A stretch of DNA of 64,000 bases, from the NCBI GenBank assembly GCA_937921305.1, contig CAKZSU010000006.1, positions 1,089-65,088 of the forward strand, read 5' to 3'. The notes under the pieces are model-generated. The model searched no databases. It had not been told where the DNA came from and saw only the letters and a program-made list of their open reading frames with translations. The DNA is from an uncultured Patescibacteria group bacterium. GTDB lineage: Bacteria; Patescibacteriota; Microgenomatia; UBA10105; UBA927. Below are positions 19,194-29,153 of the stretch, piece after piece (the stretch's first letter is position 1; each line of letters starts with the position of its first letter). A program made the translations under genes and the position numbers.

Positions 19194-20809
19194 AAATGAA
19201 ATCCAACCAAACGAGATTCTCCATTCAACAAACGAACGCGAAACACTTCTTTAGATCCCTGAGGAACTTCAATTAAAGGAAGTATATACAATGTATTTTG
19301 TTCATACGATTCTGGATTGTGTCGGACAAATTCATATGATCCAAACCCTTTGACAGTATAAAATCCAACCGCGTCAAAATATGCATGTTTCGTTCTCCAA
19401 AACTCTCTCGGATCGTATGCTCCATAAAACAACGCATAGGCGTATGGTCTGCCTATTACATCCGACACCACAATTTTTTGATATTTATCTTTTACAGATT
19501 CTGAAAAACGAAACGCTTCTCTGTACCCATACTGCCATTCTCCTGAGTACTCTATTGGATAATGTGCATAGTAGTTGTGAAGATAATACATGATAAAAAA
19601 TCCATATCCAAAAATGACGAATATCCTGGAAGAGAAAGAAACCAATACGTGCTTTTGTTCAAACAGCACATAAACAATTCCATACGCAATCCATATATGC
19701 CATGTCGGAAGCGTATTTAAAATACGTAACGCGTGAGGAGTCTCTCGAGCAACACCGGCAGGAATGACTGCAAGCAACAACCAAAGCAACAATAATATAC
19801 CCACCTTTTTATACCTAAGAAGTACCCCAAAAAATCCAACGACAAGAAACGGAATTTCAACAATATATAACTGTCCCACATCTTGAATGGAGAACTTTGG
19901 ATTGCCGTCTCCTTTAATAAATAAAAATCTCGGCTCGAAATGATCAAGATAGTGCTTGGCGAATTCCATCGCATAATATATACGTCGATTATGAATAATT
20001 CTTGCCCACATTGTGTTTCCAGCTTGCTCAATTCGTTGATTTGCCGTTCGAACAATATCAACATTGCTAAAGATATTCACTTCTTTATATCGAAGGCGAG
20101 CTTCAGGAGAAAGTAAGTGTGGAAGAATTGGCAACAGCGCAAACACTCCTATCATCCATCCAATCGCAACCTTTTTCCTTTCCTTCCATGCATATTCTTT
20201 TGTATACCACAATAAGAAAAGAAGAAACATTGGCGAAAAATATCGAGCGCTATTAAACGTATATACCGCGGCAACAAAAGGCAAAAACACTCCGTACCAT
20301 ATGGTTGATCGAGATCGAGCAAGAAGAAACAACACAGTCGCAAGAACGATAAAAAACAACGCGATAACCGCTTCAAATCCGACTCGCGAAAGATTTACAT
20401 GCCAAGGTGATATTCCTAGGACAAAAGATGAAAGAAGCGCAAGAGTATACTTCTTTTTGTGAGATGAAAATAATTCAAGAACAAGCACGTACGTTAACGC
20501 AACTGTAGCAGTTCCAAACAATACAGAAGGAATGCGAACAGAAAATTCATTCAAGCCAAAAAACGCGATAAATGGAACAGTGATGTAAATGGGAATGGGC
20601 GGTTTATAATCTCCATATGCAATAAATGTATCCAATGGTAACAATCTTCCGTGTTCATCTTTTCCTGTTTTTAAAATTGAGTATCCATTATATCCAATTG
20701 ATACTTCATCCCATGATAATGAGGGGGGAATTTGATCAACTTTATATACTCGAAAACAAAAAGAGATACAAATAATAATGAACAAAAAAAATCTATAATA
20801 GGTCGTCAT
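19190..20809 (-). CDS. ArnT/PMT-like GT-C membrane glycosyltransferase
   Basis: Start refined to MTTYYRFF; SWDEVSIGYNGYSILKTGKDEHG, GDYKPP, SPWHVNLSR, PHALR, WQYGY. Confidence 0.87.
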   Translation of the reverse strand: MTTYYRFFLFIIICISFCFRVYKVDQIPPSLSWDEVSIGYNGYSILKTGKDEHGRLLPLDTFIAYGDYKPPIPIYITVPFIAFFGLNEFSVRIPSVLFGTATVALTYVLVLELFSSHKKKYTLALLSSFVLGISPWHVNLSRVGFEAVIALFFIVLATVLFLLARSRSTIWYGVFLPFVAAVYTFNSARYFSPMFLLFLLWYTKEYAWKERKKVAIGWMIGVFALLPILPHLLSPEARLRYKEVNIFSNVDIVRTANQRIEQAGNTMWARIIHNRRIYYAMEFAKHYLDHFEPRFLFIKGDGNPKFSIQDVGQLYIVEIPFLVVGFFGVLLRYKKVGILLLLWLLLAVIPAGVARETPHALRILNTLPTWHIWIAYGIVYVLFEQKHVLVSFSSRIFVIFGYGFFIMYYLHNYYAHYPIEYSGEWQYGYREAFRFSESVKDKYQKIVVSDVIGRPYAYALFYGAYDPREFWRTKHAYFDAVGFYTVKGFGSYEFVRHNPESYEQNTLYILPLIEVPQGSKEVFRVRLLNGESRLVGFHL

Positions 20810-22031
20810 ACTGCTTGAATATACCCAATGCGATGAGATCCGCAATTACAGCGACATGACTATCATTAAAATATCTACTTGTGTACCAGAATGAAAACAA
20901 AATTATTGCAAATCCAAGAAAAAATTTTGCAATGGAAGGATTTTTACTGAAAAACCGCAAAACAACCATTGTGGTCACGCCTCCCACGAGAATCTGCCAT
21001 ACGATAAAAGGATAATATTCATGAATATCATTAATCAATCTAAATTGATACAGCATCATCGATAATCCATACCCGCTTATAGGATACCCTCGTTCTCCGC
21101 CAGAGCTTAAATACCGAATCGTACTATCAATGAACGCGTTTGCATCCCACACAAGAAAAGGACCAACAAACAATCCAATGGTAATGAGAAACACAATACC
21201 TGATCGAACAATCGTCTTCCGTTGTGGAGTCGTATAAAACATATATAGGAGAAACAGTGGAGCGGCAAACCACATTGTTTGTTTGCTTAAGAACGCAAAC
21301 GCAAACGATATAGACGCAAGATATGGTCGTTTCTGATTTAGGAACAATAAACTTGCGACAAGAAAAAATAATGCAAAACTGTCGCTTCTACCTTCAATGA
21401 AAAAGTGAACAGACGCTGGAGAAAGCGATGCAAATACGATGGCAAGTTCCGCAAGGTCAAATTTCTTAAATAACCGCAAAAACATCCACCATATGCCAAC
21501 CATAAATACAACAAGAACCATTCTTCCATCGAAATAACCAAATATCCTATTTGCTAGCCAATAAAACGGAAATGGAACAAGTAAATACGCCGGTGGCATA
21601 ACAAAGTGATAGAGAGCAGGATTCACCGCGTCTTGATTTCCCGGCTCATCGTAATTAAACAATTCCACAGGAGTGCCAAAATATGTTTCTTTATATGGAT
21701 TCTTTCCTTGAAGGAGATATCGCATCGCCGCCTCTTGTTGCAGCACGATATCATGAACTTTCCACGAAGGCGCTACCACGTGCCGTTCATAAATAGCTCC
21801 AGTCGTCGCTCCCAAAAAAACAATCCCGAGAGATACCCAAAAAGAAACCAATCGAGCCTTTTGAAAACGGTCGGTGTAAAAAAGGGATGTCAACGCAAGA
21901 GTCATGAACGAAACAAGAAGAATACCATACAACCAATATTGATTTCCTTCCGTTGGAAACAACTTGTATCGCGTTATGACAGGAATGCTAAAAGAAAAGA
22001 GCAATACAGCCGTCAATGTCCTAAAATTCAT
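20793..22031 (-). CDS. GT87-like (GT-C) membrane glycosyltransferase
   Basis: VHDIV, GKNPY, MPP, EGRSD, SKQ, PF..W; polytopic. Confidence 0.65.
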   Translation of the reverse strand: MNFRTLTAVLLFSFSIPVITRYKLFPTEGNQYWLYGILLVSFMTLALTSLFYTDRFQKARLVSFWVSLGIVFLGATTGAIYERHVVAPSWKVHDIVLQQEAAMRYLLQGKNPYKETYFGTPVELFNYDEPGNQDAVNPALYHFVMPPAYLLVPFPFYWLANRIFGYFDGRMVLVVFMVGIWWMFLRLFKKFDLAELAIVFASLSPASVHFFIEGRSDSFALFFLVASLLFLNQKRPYLASISFAFAFLSKQTMWFAAPLFLLYMFYTTPQRKTIVRSGIVFLITIGLFVGPFLVWDANAFIDSTIRYLSSGGERGYPISGYGLSMMLYQFRLINDIHEYYPFIVWQILVGGVTTMVVLRFFSKNPSIAKFFLGFAIILFSFWYTSRYFNDSHVAVIADLIALGIFKQYDDLL

Positions 22032-22064
22032 GAGGTTATTGTACTATAATGTGTCTCATACCGC
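22032..22064. promoter_or_regulatory. Compact bidirectional promoter region
   Basis: 33 bp between divergent ATGs; TATAAT at 22045-22050 on +, TACAAT at 22043-22038 on -, 6 nt before the ATG at 22031. Confidence 0.6.
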
Positions 22065-23666
22065 ATGAAAAAAAGCCTTAATATTCTGATTATTCTTATT
22101 GTTCTTTCTTCGCTTCCGTTTATTCACATGTTTGTATCGCCTGACTTACCACACACAAGCGACGGAGAAGTGCAAATCCCTCGAATGGCTGCGTTTTATA
22201 AAGCGATTCGAGACGGACACATTCCTGTTCGATGGGCTGGAGATTTAAATTATGGCTATGGCATGCCGTTGTTTACTTTCATCTATCATACGCCGTTTTA
22301 TGTTTCTTCTTTTCTAATCGCTCTTGGCATCCCTCTTGTTTCTGTGTTTAAACTCACTCTTTATTTCAGTTTTCTATTATCTTGCATATTCATGTTTTTA
22401 TTCGCAAAGACATTTTTTAAGAGAGAGAAGATAGCATTCCTTGTCACGCTTCTATATCAATTCGCTCCGTATCATCTCGTTGATGTGCTAATCCGCGGAG
22501 CTATTGGAACAATCTATGTGTATGCTTTTTTCCCTCTTGTCCTCTGGGGATGTTTACGAGCGAACATTCCAATTGTCACAATTTCCCTCTCTCTTATGAT
22601 TCTTTCTCATAATTCTATGGCGCTTGTTTTCTTCTTTATTACTATTGGATTTCTCTTATTATTTGCTGAAAACAAACGAAAGGCGATTCTTGGCATATCT
22701 CTTGGGCTTGGTCTCGCTTCTTTTTATTGGATTCCAGCGCTTATTGAACATAAATATACCTATGGAGATCTCTTTATGAAGGATCTTTTTCGGGTGAACT
22801 TTCCTCAGTTTCATCACTTTTTCATTCCGAACCTATTTAACGATCCGCACCTTCGCGTTTCTGAGATTGTTGTTCACTGGGGAATAGCACACACACTTCT
22901 AACAGTTCTTGCTATCATCTTTTGGAGGTCATTGCCATCAACAATGAAAATTATGTCGATATTTTGTTATGCAATCATCATTATTTCAATTTTCTTCATG
23001 CATCCTCTATCAACGCCACTATGGGAACGCGTATCGTATCTTCGACAATTTCAATTTCCGTGGAGATTCTTGTCGGTCATCGTATTCGCCACAGCAATGC
23101 TCGGAGGAATAGTCATCCATCGATATTTACCAAGAAAACCATATCTTTTTATTATTCTCGCACTTATGATCGTGTTGCCGACAATGCACTATTGGAAACC
23201 AACACAAGGATATGATCAAATTCAAGATGAACAAGTATTTTGGAATTATCCATTGAATACCACATACTTTGGCGAAACAGATGTGATATGGTCAGCCGGA
23301 CCAGCAACTGCGTATCCTAAGTCCCGAGTACAAATCATAGAAGGAGAAGGAAGAATTCATAATTTCAGAAAAATAAATCACAAACAAACATTTTCTGTTA
23401 AATCGACAACAAGCGCTCGCATAGTCAGCCACACGCAGTACTTTCCCGGATGGAGAGTTTACATAAACGGTGAAAAAACCTCCATTCAATTTCAAGATCC
23501 GAATTGGCGAGGACTAATAACATTTTTTGTTCCTGAAGGAACACATGCTGTTCGCATACAATTTGAAGAAACTCCGATACGATTACTAGCAAATCTTATA
23601 TCTGTGGGATCCATAATTATATTGATAAGTTTTCTCATTAGAAAACATTTATGCAAACGCGCATAA
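22065..23666 (+). CDS. GT-C membrane protein, 'PTPS-related'/YfhO-like family
   Basis: HTSDGEVQIPR, PVRWAGDLNYGYGMPLF, IRGAIG, QFPWRF, YFPGW, IQFQDP. Confidence 0.82.
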   Translation: MKKSLNILIILIVLSSLPFIHMFVSPDLPHTSDGEVQIPRMAAFYKAIRDGHIPVRWAGDLNYGYGMPLFTFIYHTPFYVSSFLIALGIPLVSVFKLTLYFSFLLSCIFMFLFAKTFFKREKIAFLVTLLYQFAPYHLVDVLIRGAIGTIYVYAFFPLVLWGCLRANIPIVTISLSLMILSHNSMALVFFFITIGFLLLFAENKRKAILGISLGLGLASFYWIPALIEHKYTYGDLFMKDLFRVNFPQFHHFFIPNLFNDPHLRVSEIVVHWGIAHTLLTVLAIIFWRSLPSTMKIMSIFCYAIIIISIFFMHPLSTPLWERVSYLRQFQFPWRFLSVIVFATAMLGGIVIHRYLPRKPYLFIILALMIVLPTMHYWKPTQGYDQIQDEQVFWNYPLNTTYFGETDVIWSAGPATAYPKSRVQIIEGEGRIHNFRKINHKQTFSVKSTTSARIVSHTQYFPGWRVYINGEKTSIQFQDPNWRGLITFFVPEGTHAVRIQFEETPIRLLANLISVGSIIILISFLIRKHLCKRA

Positions 23667-25864
23667 CAAAAATTTTTCCATTTCTCATTCTTGCTGGAAT
23701 AACCTGCGTATTTTTTTATAAAACATTGATCTTCCGACTTCTTCCTTTTCCCGGAGACCTTCTCGTCTCCGAGTATCAACCATGGAGATCATACTCATTT
23801 CTTGGATACAATCCAGGCAGTTACCCTAGCAAAAAACAATACTTTGATACAATCCGTCAGATCTACCCATGGAGAACATTTGTCAATCAAGAGTTAAAAC
23901 AAGGAAGAATTCCGCTGTGGAATCCTCATAATTTTTCAGGACATCCATTATTGGCAAATCTTCAATCTCAAGTTTTCTATCCTTTTACAGTTTTATACTT
24001 TATATTCTCTCAACCGATGGCATGGACCATCCTCGTCATGCTTCAACCATTCTTGGCAATGATTGGCATGTTTCTGTATCTTCGATCAATTCATCGATCA
24101 ATATACGCAAGTCTTATTTGCTCTCTTTCGTACGGATTCAGTCACTATATGACGGTGTTTCTTGAATACAATACGATTGGACATGTCATTCTTTGGATTC
24201 CTTTTATCCTTTATTCGATAGAAAAAATACATGAAACAAAAAAAACGATATTTAAGACGCTGCTTGTTTTTTCAATCGCGTCAAGCGCTGTTGCTGGACA
24301 TCTTCAAATATTTGGAGGAATCGCCATATTTGCAATCCTTTATGCTCTTGTAATAAAGAAACCCGTTGCGCTTGATATCATAATACTGCTCATTATTGGC
24401 ATGGGCATCGCTGGAATCCAACTCATTCCAACAATTGAATTGCTCTATCACTCAGCAAGGGTAAATCACCCATATGAAGACTTTGTCACAAGATTGCTGA
24501 TTCAACCGAAACAATTACTCACATTTATCAATCCAGATCTCTTTGGAAATCCAGCGACAGAGAATTATCTTCTTCACGATTCCTATCCGGGAAAAGCGTT
24601 GTTTGTTGGTTTCTTAATATTCTTTTTCAGTGTGTTAAGTTCTATAAGTAAAAAGAAAACACCATGGGAACGCTTTTTTCTTTTCCTCTCTATAATACTT
24701 CTATTTCTTTTAACAAGAAATCCGATCACGGAATTGCTTTATCGCGTTCCAATTCCGCTCGTATTACAGAGCGGTCCTGGAAATTTTATTATTTTTATTA
24801 CATTCACTCTTACGACTCTCGCCTCCTTTGGCATCGACAAATGGATGAAGCATGCTAAAACCAACATCGCCTATGGTATCATTCTCGGATTAATTAGTAT
24901 CATCTTTATAGGAGCGCTCACAAACAGCACCCCTCACATTCGATCAATGGTTATTTTTTCTCTTCTCTCCTTTTCTTTTCTTTCTATCCTTCTCTTCGTA
25001 TCAAAATTTATTAGAAAGAAAGTTTTACTATACGCTACTTTTCTATTCACCGCTTTTGAGCTCTTTTATTTCTTTCATAAATTCAATCCATTTGTTCCAG
25101 TATCGCTTATCTATCCCGAAACTCCACTTGTTTCATTTCTTAAACAACAACGATCAATTGGAAGACTTTATGGATACGGTCATGGTGCGATCGAAGCAAA
25201 TTTCGCAACACAACTTGGATTATATGATCCAAACGGATATGACCCGCTATATCCAAAATCATACGGCATATTTATTTATGGAGAAAAAAACAAACCATTT
25301 GCGTTTAATCAATCAACACGATCAGACGCGACAATCATTCCGGGATTTGGCGATGAGCCTTTTGACAGCAATAAAAAAAGAAAAGAGCTTATTGACGGGC
25401 TAGGTGTAGAATATATCATTAGCGGAAAAGAAAATAATGCGACAGAAAGAACATTTCCTCCATCAGAATATCCAATTGTGTATCAGGATGATGTATTTAT
25501 TGTTTACAAAAATATGACCGCTCAACCAAGACTGTCATTTTCATCGCCAGACAATCAAGGAACAACGAATATCCTTTTATACAAATCAACAGTTGTTGAA
25601 CTAGAAGTTTCATCACCAATTCGTCAACATCTCATCCTGTCAGACACCTATATGCCGGGATGGAAAGCCTTTGTTAATGGGGAAAAAGTTCCATTTGTTC
25701 AATCCTCGCATCCATTTCGAGAAATTGAAATTCCAGAAGGCAAACATATTGTAAAATTTGAATACGCCCCATTATCATTTATCGTTGGAATTGGAATCTC
25801 ATCCGCAAGCATTACTTTTTTTATTTTTTTCATTAATTCCAAAAAGAGAAAGATTGTTTCATAA
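23651..25864 (+). CDS. YfhO-family GT-C membrane protein
   Basis: D..RQIYPW, GRIPLWNPHNFSGHPLLAN, FYP, AGHLQ, GNP, GYDPL, DTYMPGW, GKHIVKFEYAP. Confidence 0.85.
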   Translation: MQTRITKIFPFLILAGITCVFFYKTLIFRLLPFPGDLLVSEYQPWRSYSFLGYNPGSYPSKKQYFDTIRQIYPWRTFVNQELKQGRIPLWNPHNFSGHPLLANLQSQVFYPFTVLYFIFSQPMAWTILVMLQPFLAMIGMFLYLRSIHRSIYASLICSLSYGFSHYMTVFLEYNTIGHVILWIPFILYSIEKIHETKKTIFKTLLVFSIASSAVAGHLQIFGGIAIFAILYALVIKKPVALDIIILLIIGMGIAGIQLIPTIELLYHSARVNHPYEDFVTRLLIQPKQLLTFINPDLFGNPATENYLLHDSYPGKALFVGFLIFFFSVLSSISKKKTPWERFFLFLSIILLFLLTRNPITELLYRVPIPLVLQSGPGNFIIFITFTLTTLASFGIDKWMKHAKTNIAYGIILGLISIIFIGALTNSTPHIRSMVIFSLLSFSFLSILLFVSKFIRKKVLLYATFLFTAFELFYFFHKFNPFVPVSLIYPETPLVSFLKQQRSIGRLYGYGHGAIEANFATQLGLYDPNGYDPLYPKSYGIFIYGEKNKPFAFNQSTRSDATIIPGFGDEPFDSNKKRKELIDGLGVEYIISGKENNATERTFPPSEYPIVYQDDVFIVYKNMTAQPRLSFSSPDNQGTTNILLYKSTVVELEVSSPIRQHLILSDTYMPGWKAFVNGEKVPFVQSSHPFREIEIPEGKHIVKFEYAPLSFIVGIGISSASITFFIFFINSKKRKIVS

Positions 25865-25870
25865 AAAACT

Positions 25871-27550
25871 ATGAAATATAAATATAATATTATTCTCTTC
25901 CTGATTATCCTTTTTGGTTCATTTATACGATTGTATCGAATTGATAGCATTCCTAATGGTCTTCAACAAGACGAGCTTTCTATTGGTTATAACGCATACT
26001 CTATTCTCAAAACTGGGAAAGACGAACATGGAAAAATCATGCCACTCCAATTCATTGCGTTCGGCGAATATAAACTGCCAGTATCCATCTACGCAACTGT
26101 ACCATTTATTTATATATTTGGTTTAAACGAAATAGCAGTTCGTCTTCCATTTGGGATATTCGGCATCGCCACTATCATTGTTTTTACTCTAATCATTAGA
26201 GATGTATTTTTAGAGAATCACAATAGAAATATAGCAATGATCATCGGCGCGTTTCTTCTTGCAACAAATCCATGGCATATATTCTTCTCTCGAGCCGCTT
26301 TTGAAGTAACTATCGCGCTGTTTTTTCTTTCTCTTTGTCTTTTATTATTGTTTTTCTATCTTCGAAAAAAACAGAATATTATTCTTTACGCTTCAATCGT
26401 CTCAGGAATGTTTGCTTTTTATACCTATAACACCATGCGATTAATCATTCCGCTGTTATTGATCTCATTGCTTTACACCATAAGAAACAATAAAAAACAC
26501 GTGTGGATGTCAATAATTATCATTTTCCTTTTTGCTATCCCATTTTTAGTGACAATATCAGATTCAACATCCGCAGTTTCCGGAACGCTTATTCACTCAA
26601 GCGCGAGAATTCAAGCTGAATTAATTGAGACGCGAAGTTATATGGTAAACATTCATCCATTCATTCAAAAAATATTTTTTTCTATACCACTGCAAACTGT
26701 CGTTGTTTTTATAAAAAACATCCTAAACAATATAAACGCTTCGTTTTATCTCCTCCATGGTCCTTTTCATGGAAATCATGGCATAGGGACGCACGGATTA
26801 TTTTTCATCTATCAATTACCACTATTTCTCATAGGTATCGTTTTTTACTTAAAGAATAAAACCATACAAACAACTCTTTTGCTTCTTGTCATGTTTTTCA
26901 CAATTATTGCAACCGCCATAACAAGAGAAAGTCCGTACGGCACAAGAAGTTTTTTCATGGTGCCAGCAATTCTTGTTATAACAACCATAGGGGTCTTACA
27001 TGTTTGGAGATGGATGGTAAAAAGAAACGTTACTATGAAATGCTTCATAATCGGAACAGTTTCTTTCTCAATCCTATATGAAGGAACTACCTATGCACTA
27101 AGCTATGCACAACGATTCCCGCAAGCATATGCAAAAGAATGGAGGTCTGCAGATAAAGCATTAATTGCGTACCTTCAAGAAAAAAACGATGAATACGATC
27201 GAATTGTCATCGACCCAGAAGCAAATCTTCTTTATATTTCATACTTATTCTATTCAAAAATAGATCCGAATGAATTCATTAATTCTGTCGAAAAAGAGAA
27301 ACCAGACAATGAGGGATTCATAAATGTAAAAAAATTTATCAATGTGGAATATCGATCGATTCATTGGGAGGAAGATCTAAAGAAGAAACGCACAATTTTT
27401 ATAACTCGACCAGAAAAAAAACCAGAGACAGCGCAAAAATTTAAAACTTTTTATTATCCAAAAAGACCTGTTGCCATAGCAAAAAAACAAGAAATTATTC
27501 AATATCCTTTTCAGGATATCGCGTATGTTGTCATATCATCGCTTGAATAA
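25871..27550 (+). CDS. ArnT/PMT-like GT-C membrane glycosyltransferase
   Basis: QQDELSIGYNAYSILKTGKDEHG, GEYKLP, NPWHIFFSRAAFE. Confidence 0.85.
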   Translation: MKYKYNIILFLIILFGSFIRLYRIDSIPNGLQQDELSIGYNAYSILKTGKDEHGKIMPLQFIAFGEYKLPVSIYATVPFIYIFGLNEIAVRLPFGIFGIATIIVFTLIIRDVFLENHNRNIAMIIGAFLLATNPWHIFFSRAAFEVTIALFFLSLCLLLLFFYLRKKQNIILYASIVSGMFAFYTYNTMRLIIPLLLISLLYTIRNNKKHVWMSIIIIFLFAIPFLVTISDSTSAVSGTLIHSSARIQAELIETRSYMVNIHPFIQKIFFSIPLQTVVVFIKNILNNINASFYLLHGPFHGNHGIGTHGLFFIYQLPLFLIGIVFYLKNKTIQTTLLLLVMFFTIIATAITRESPYGTRSFFMVPAILVITTIGVLHVWRWMVKRNVTMKCFIIGTVSFSILYEGTTYALSYAQRFPQAYAKEWRSADKALIAYLQEKNDEYDRIVIDPEANLLYISYLFYSKIDPNEFINSVEKEKPDNEGFINVKKFINVEYRSIHWEEDLKKKRTIFITRPEKKPETAQKFKTFYYPKRPVAIAKKQEIIQYPFQDIAYVVISSLE

Positions 27551-29153
27551 ATCTCTCTTGATCATTCTCTTTCTCTTTTTTGTTCATCTTGTCTTTCTTC
27601 ATCATTTTTTTAGACAAGGAGTTCCAGAAACACATGATGGAGATCTTCATATGGCAAGATTTGCCACATATAAAAAAGCGTTTATCGATTTTCATATTCC
27701 TCCGCGATGGGCTAAAGATTTAAATTATACTTATGGTTTGCCGGAACTTAATTTCTTCTATCCCGTATCAGGGTATATCGCTACAATGCTTTCATTATTA
27801 GGAGTATCATATGAAGTGATTTTTAAACTCCTTCTAAGCATCTCTTTTCTTATAGCGCCAATAGGTATGTTTTTTTTCCTGTCATTGTTAAGTTCTCGAA
27901 TCAACGCAATTCTTGGAGCGTTTCTCTTTGGATTAGCACCATACCAATTTCTAAACATGTATGTTCGAGGAGCATTGGGAGAAATACTTTCGATTTCGAT
28001 TGTTCCGTTTGCTTTATATTTCTTAACCATGGGAATTCAAAAGAAAGCATTACATTTATTTATTCTTGGAGGTATTATATCTTCTCTTATTATTCTGACG
28101 CACCATGGCGTAGGACTCATGACATTTCCATTTTTTATAGCATTTTTATGCTTCATGATATGGAAATATAAAACGCCTTTTAGTTATATGTTAATGTATT
28201 TTATTCTTACTCTTGGAATCTCAGCGTTCTTCTGGATTCCGGCATTTTTTGAATCGAAATATACACATGCAGCTCTTTTCTTTGGAAATATATATAAAGA
28301 ACATTTTATCTCTCCGCTTGAAATGATTCTAAAATCATGGGGATTTGCTCCAAATCCGAATGAACCAGATGGACAATCGCCTCAAATAGGATTAGTTGGA
28401 GCTATTATTTTAATAATAAGCATAGTTTCTCTAATAAAGAGAAAACAATTATGTTCGCTAACACTATTAATAGTATTGACTTTGTTTATCTGTTATTTTC
28501 TACCTCTCTCTATTTCAAGTCCAGTATGGGAAAACATTAAAATATTAAAACTCTATCAATTTCCATGGAGATTTATAGGATTGGCAAGCATACTGTTGCC
28601 AATATTCGTTAGCTTATCAAATATCACAAAGAAACCAATAATTTTATTTTTTCTTATCTTATCACTCGTGGCACAAGCATTCTTGTATATTCCACAAAAG
28701 AATATTATTCACAGAGAAAATAATTGGTATGAAAATTTTCAGTCGACAACAGCTGTTCATGGAGAATCGACACCAATATGGACAGATGGATTAAAGTCAT
28801 CCTATCCAAAACAATATATAGAAATCATTGAAGGAGTCGCTTCAGGAGAGCTTACTCAAAGGAAAACGCAACAGATTGAAACAATCATAAACGCGCAAAC
28901 CGATGCGAATATTCGCTTCAACACATTATACTATCCCGGATGGAAAGCATACATAAATAATCAAGAAACACCAATAGAATTTCAAGATCCAAATCATAAA
29001 GGCATCATTACGGTTAGAGTTCCGAAGGGTCTCCATACCGTTGTTCTTCAATTTGAAGAAACAAAACTCCGAATGGTAGCAAATATAATAACAATTGGCA
29101 GTGTCATGTTTGCGATAGGTTCTTTCCTATGGATAAGAAAACGTTATTCATGA
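27525..29153 (+). CDS. GT-C membrane protein, 'PTPS-related'/YfhO-like family
   Basis: THDGDLHMAR, PRWAKDLNYTYG, YVRGALGE, QFPWRF, YYPGW, IEFQDP. Confidence 0.82.
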   Translation: MLSYHRLNKSLLIILFLFFVHLVFLHHFFRQGVPETHDGDLHMARFATYKKAFIDFHIPPRWAKDLNYTYGLPELNFFYPVSGYIATMLSLLGVSYEVIFKLLLSISFLIAPIGMFFFLSLLSSRINAILGAFLFGLAPYQFLNMYVRGALGEILSISIVPFALYFLTMGIQKKALHLFILGGIISSLIILTHHGVGLMTFPFFIAFLCFMIWKYKTPFSYMLMYFILTLGISAFFWIPAFFESKYTHAALFFGNIYKEHFISPLEMILKSWGFAPNPNEPDGQSPQIGLVGAIILIISIVSLIKRKQLCSLTLLIVLTLFICYFLPLSISSPVWENIKILKLYQFPWRFIGLASILLPIFVSLSNITKKPIILFFLILSLVAQAFLYIPQKNIIHRENNWYENFQSTTAVHGESTPIWTDGLKSSYPKQYIEIIEGVASGELTQRKTQQIETIINAQTDANIRFNTLYYPGWKAYINNQETPIEFQDPNHKGIITVRVPKGLHTVVLQFEETKLRMVANIITIGSVMFAIGSFLWIRKRYS

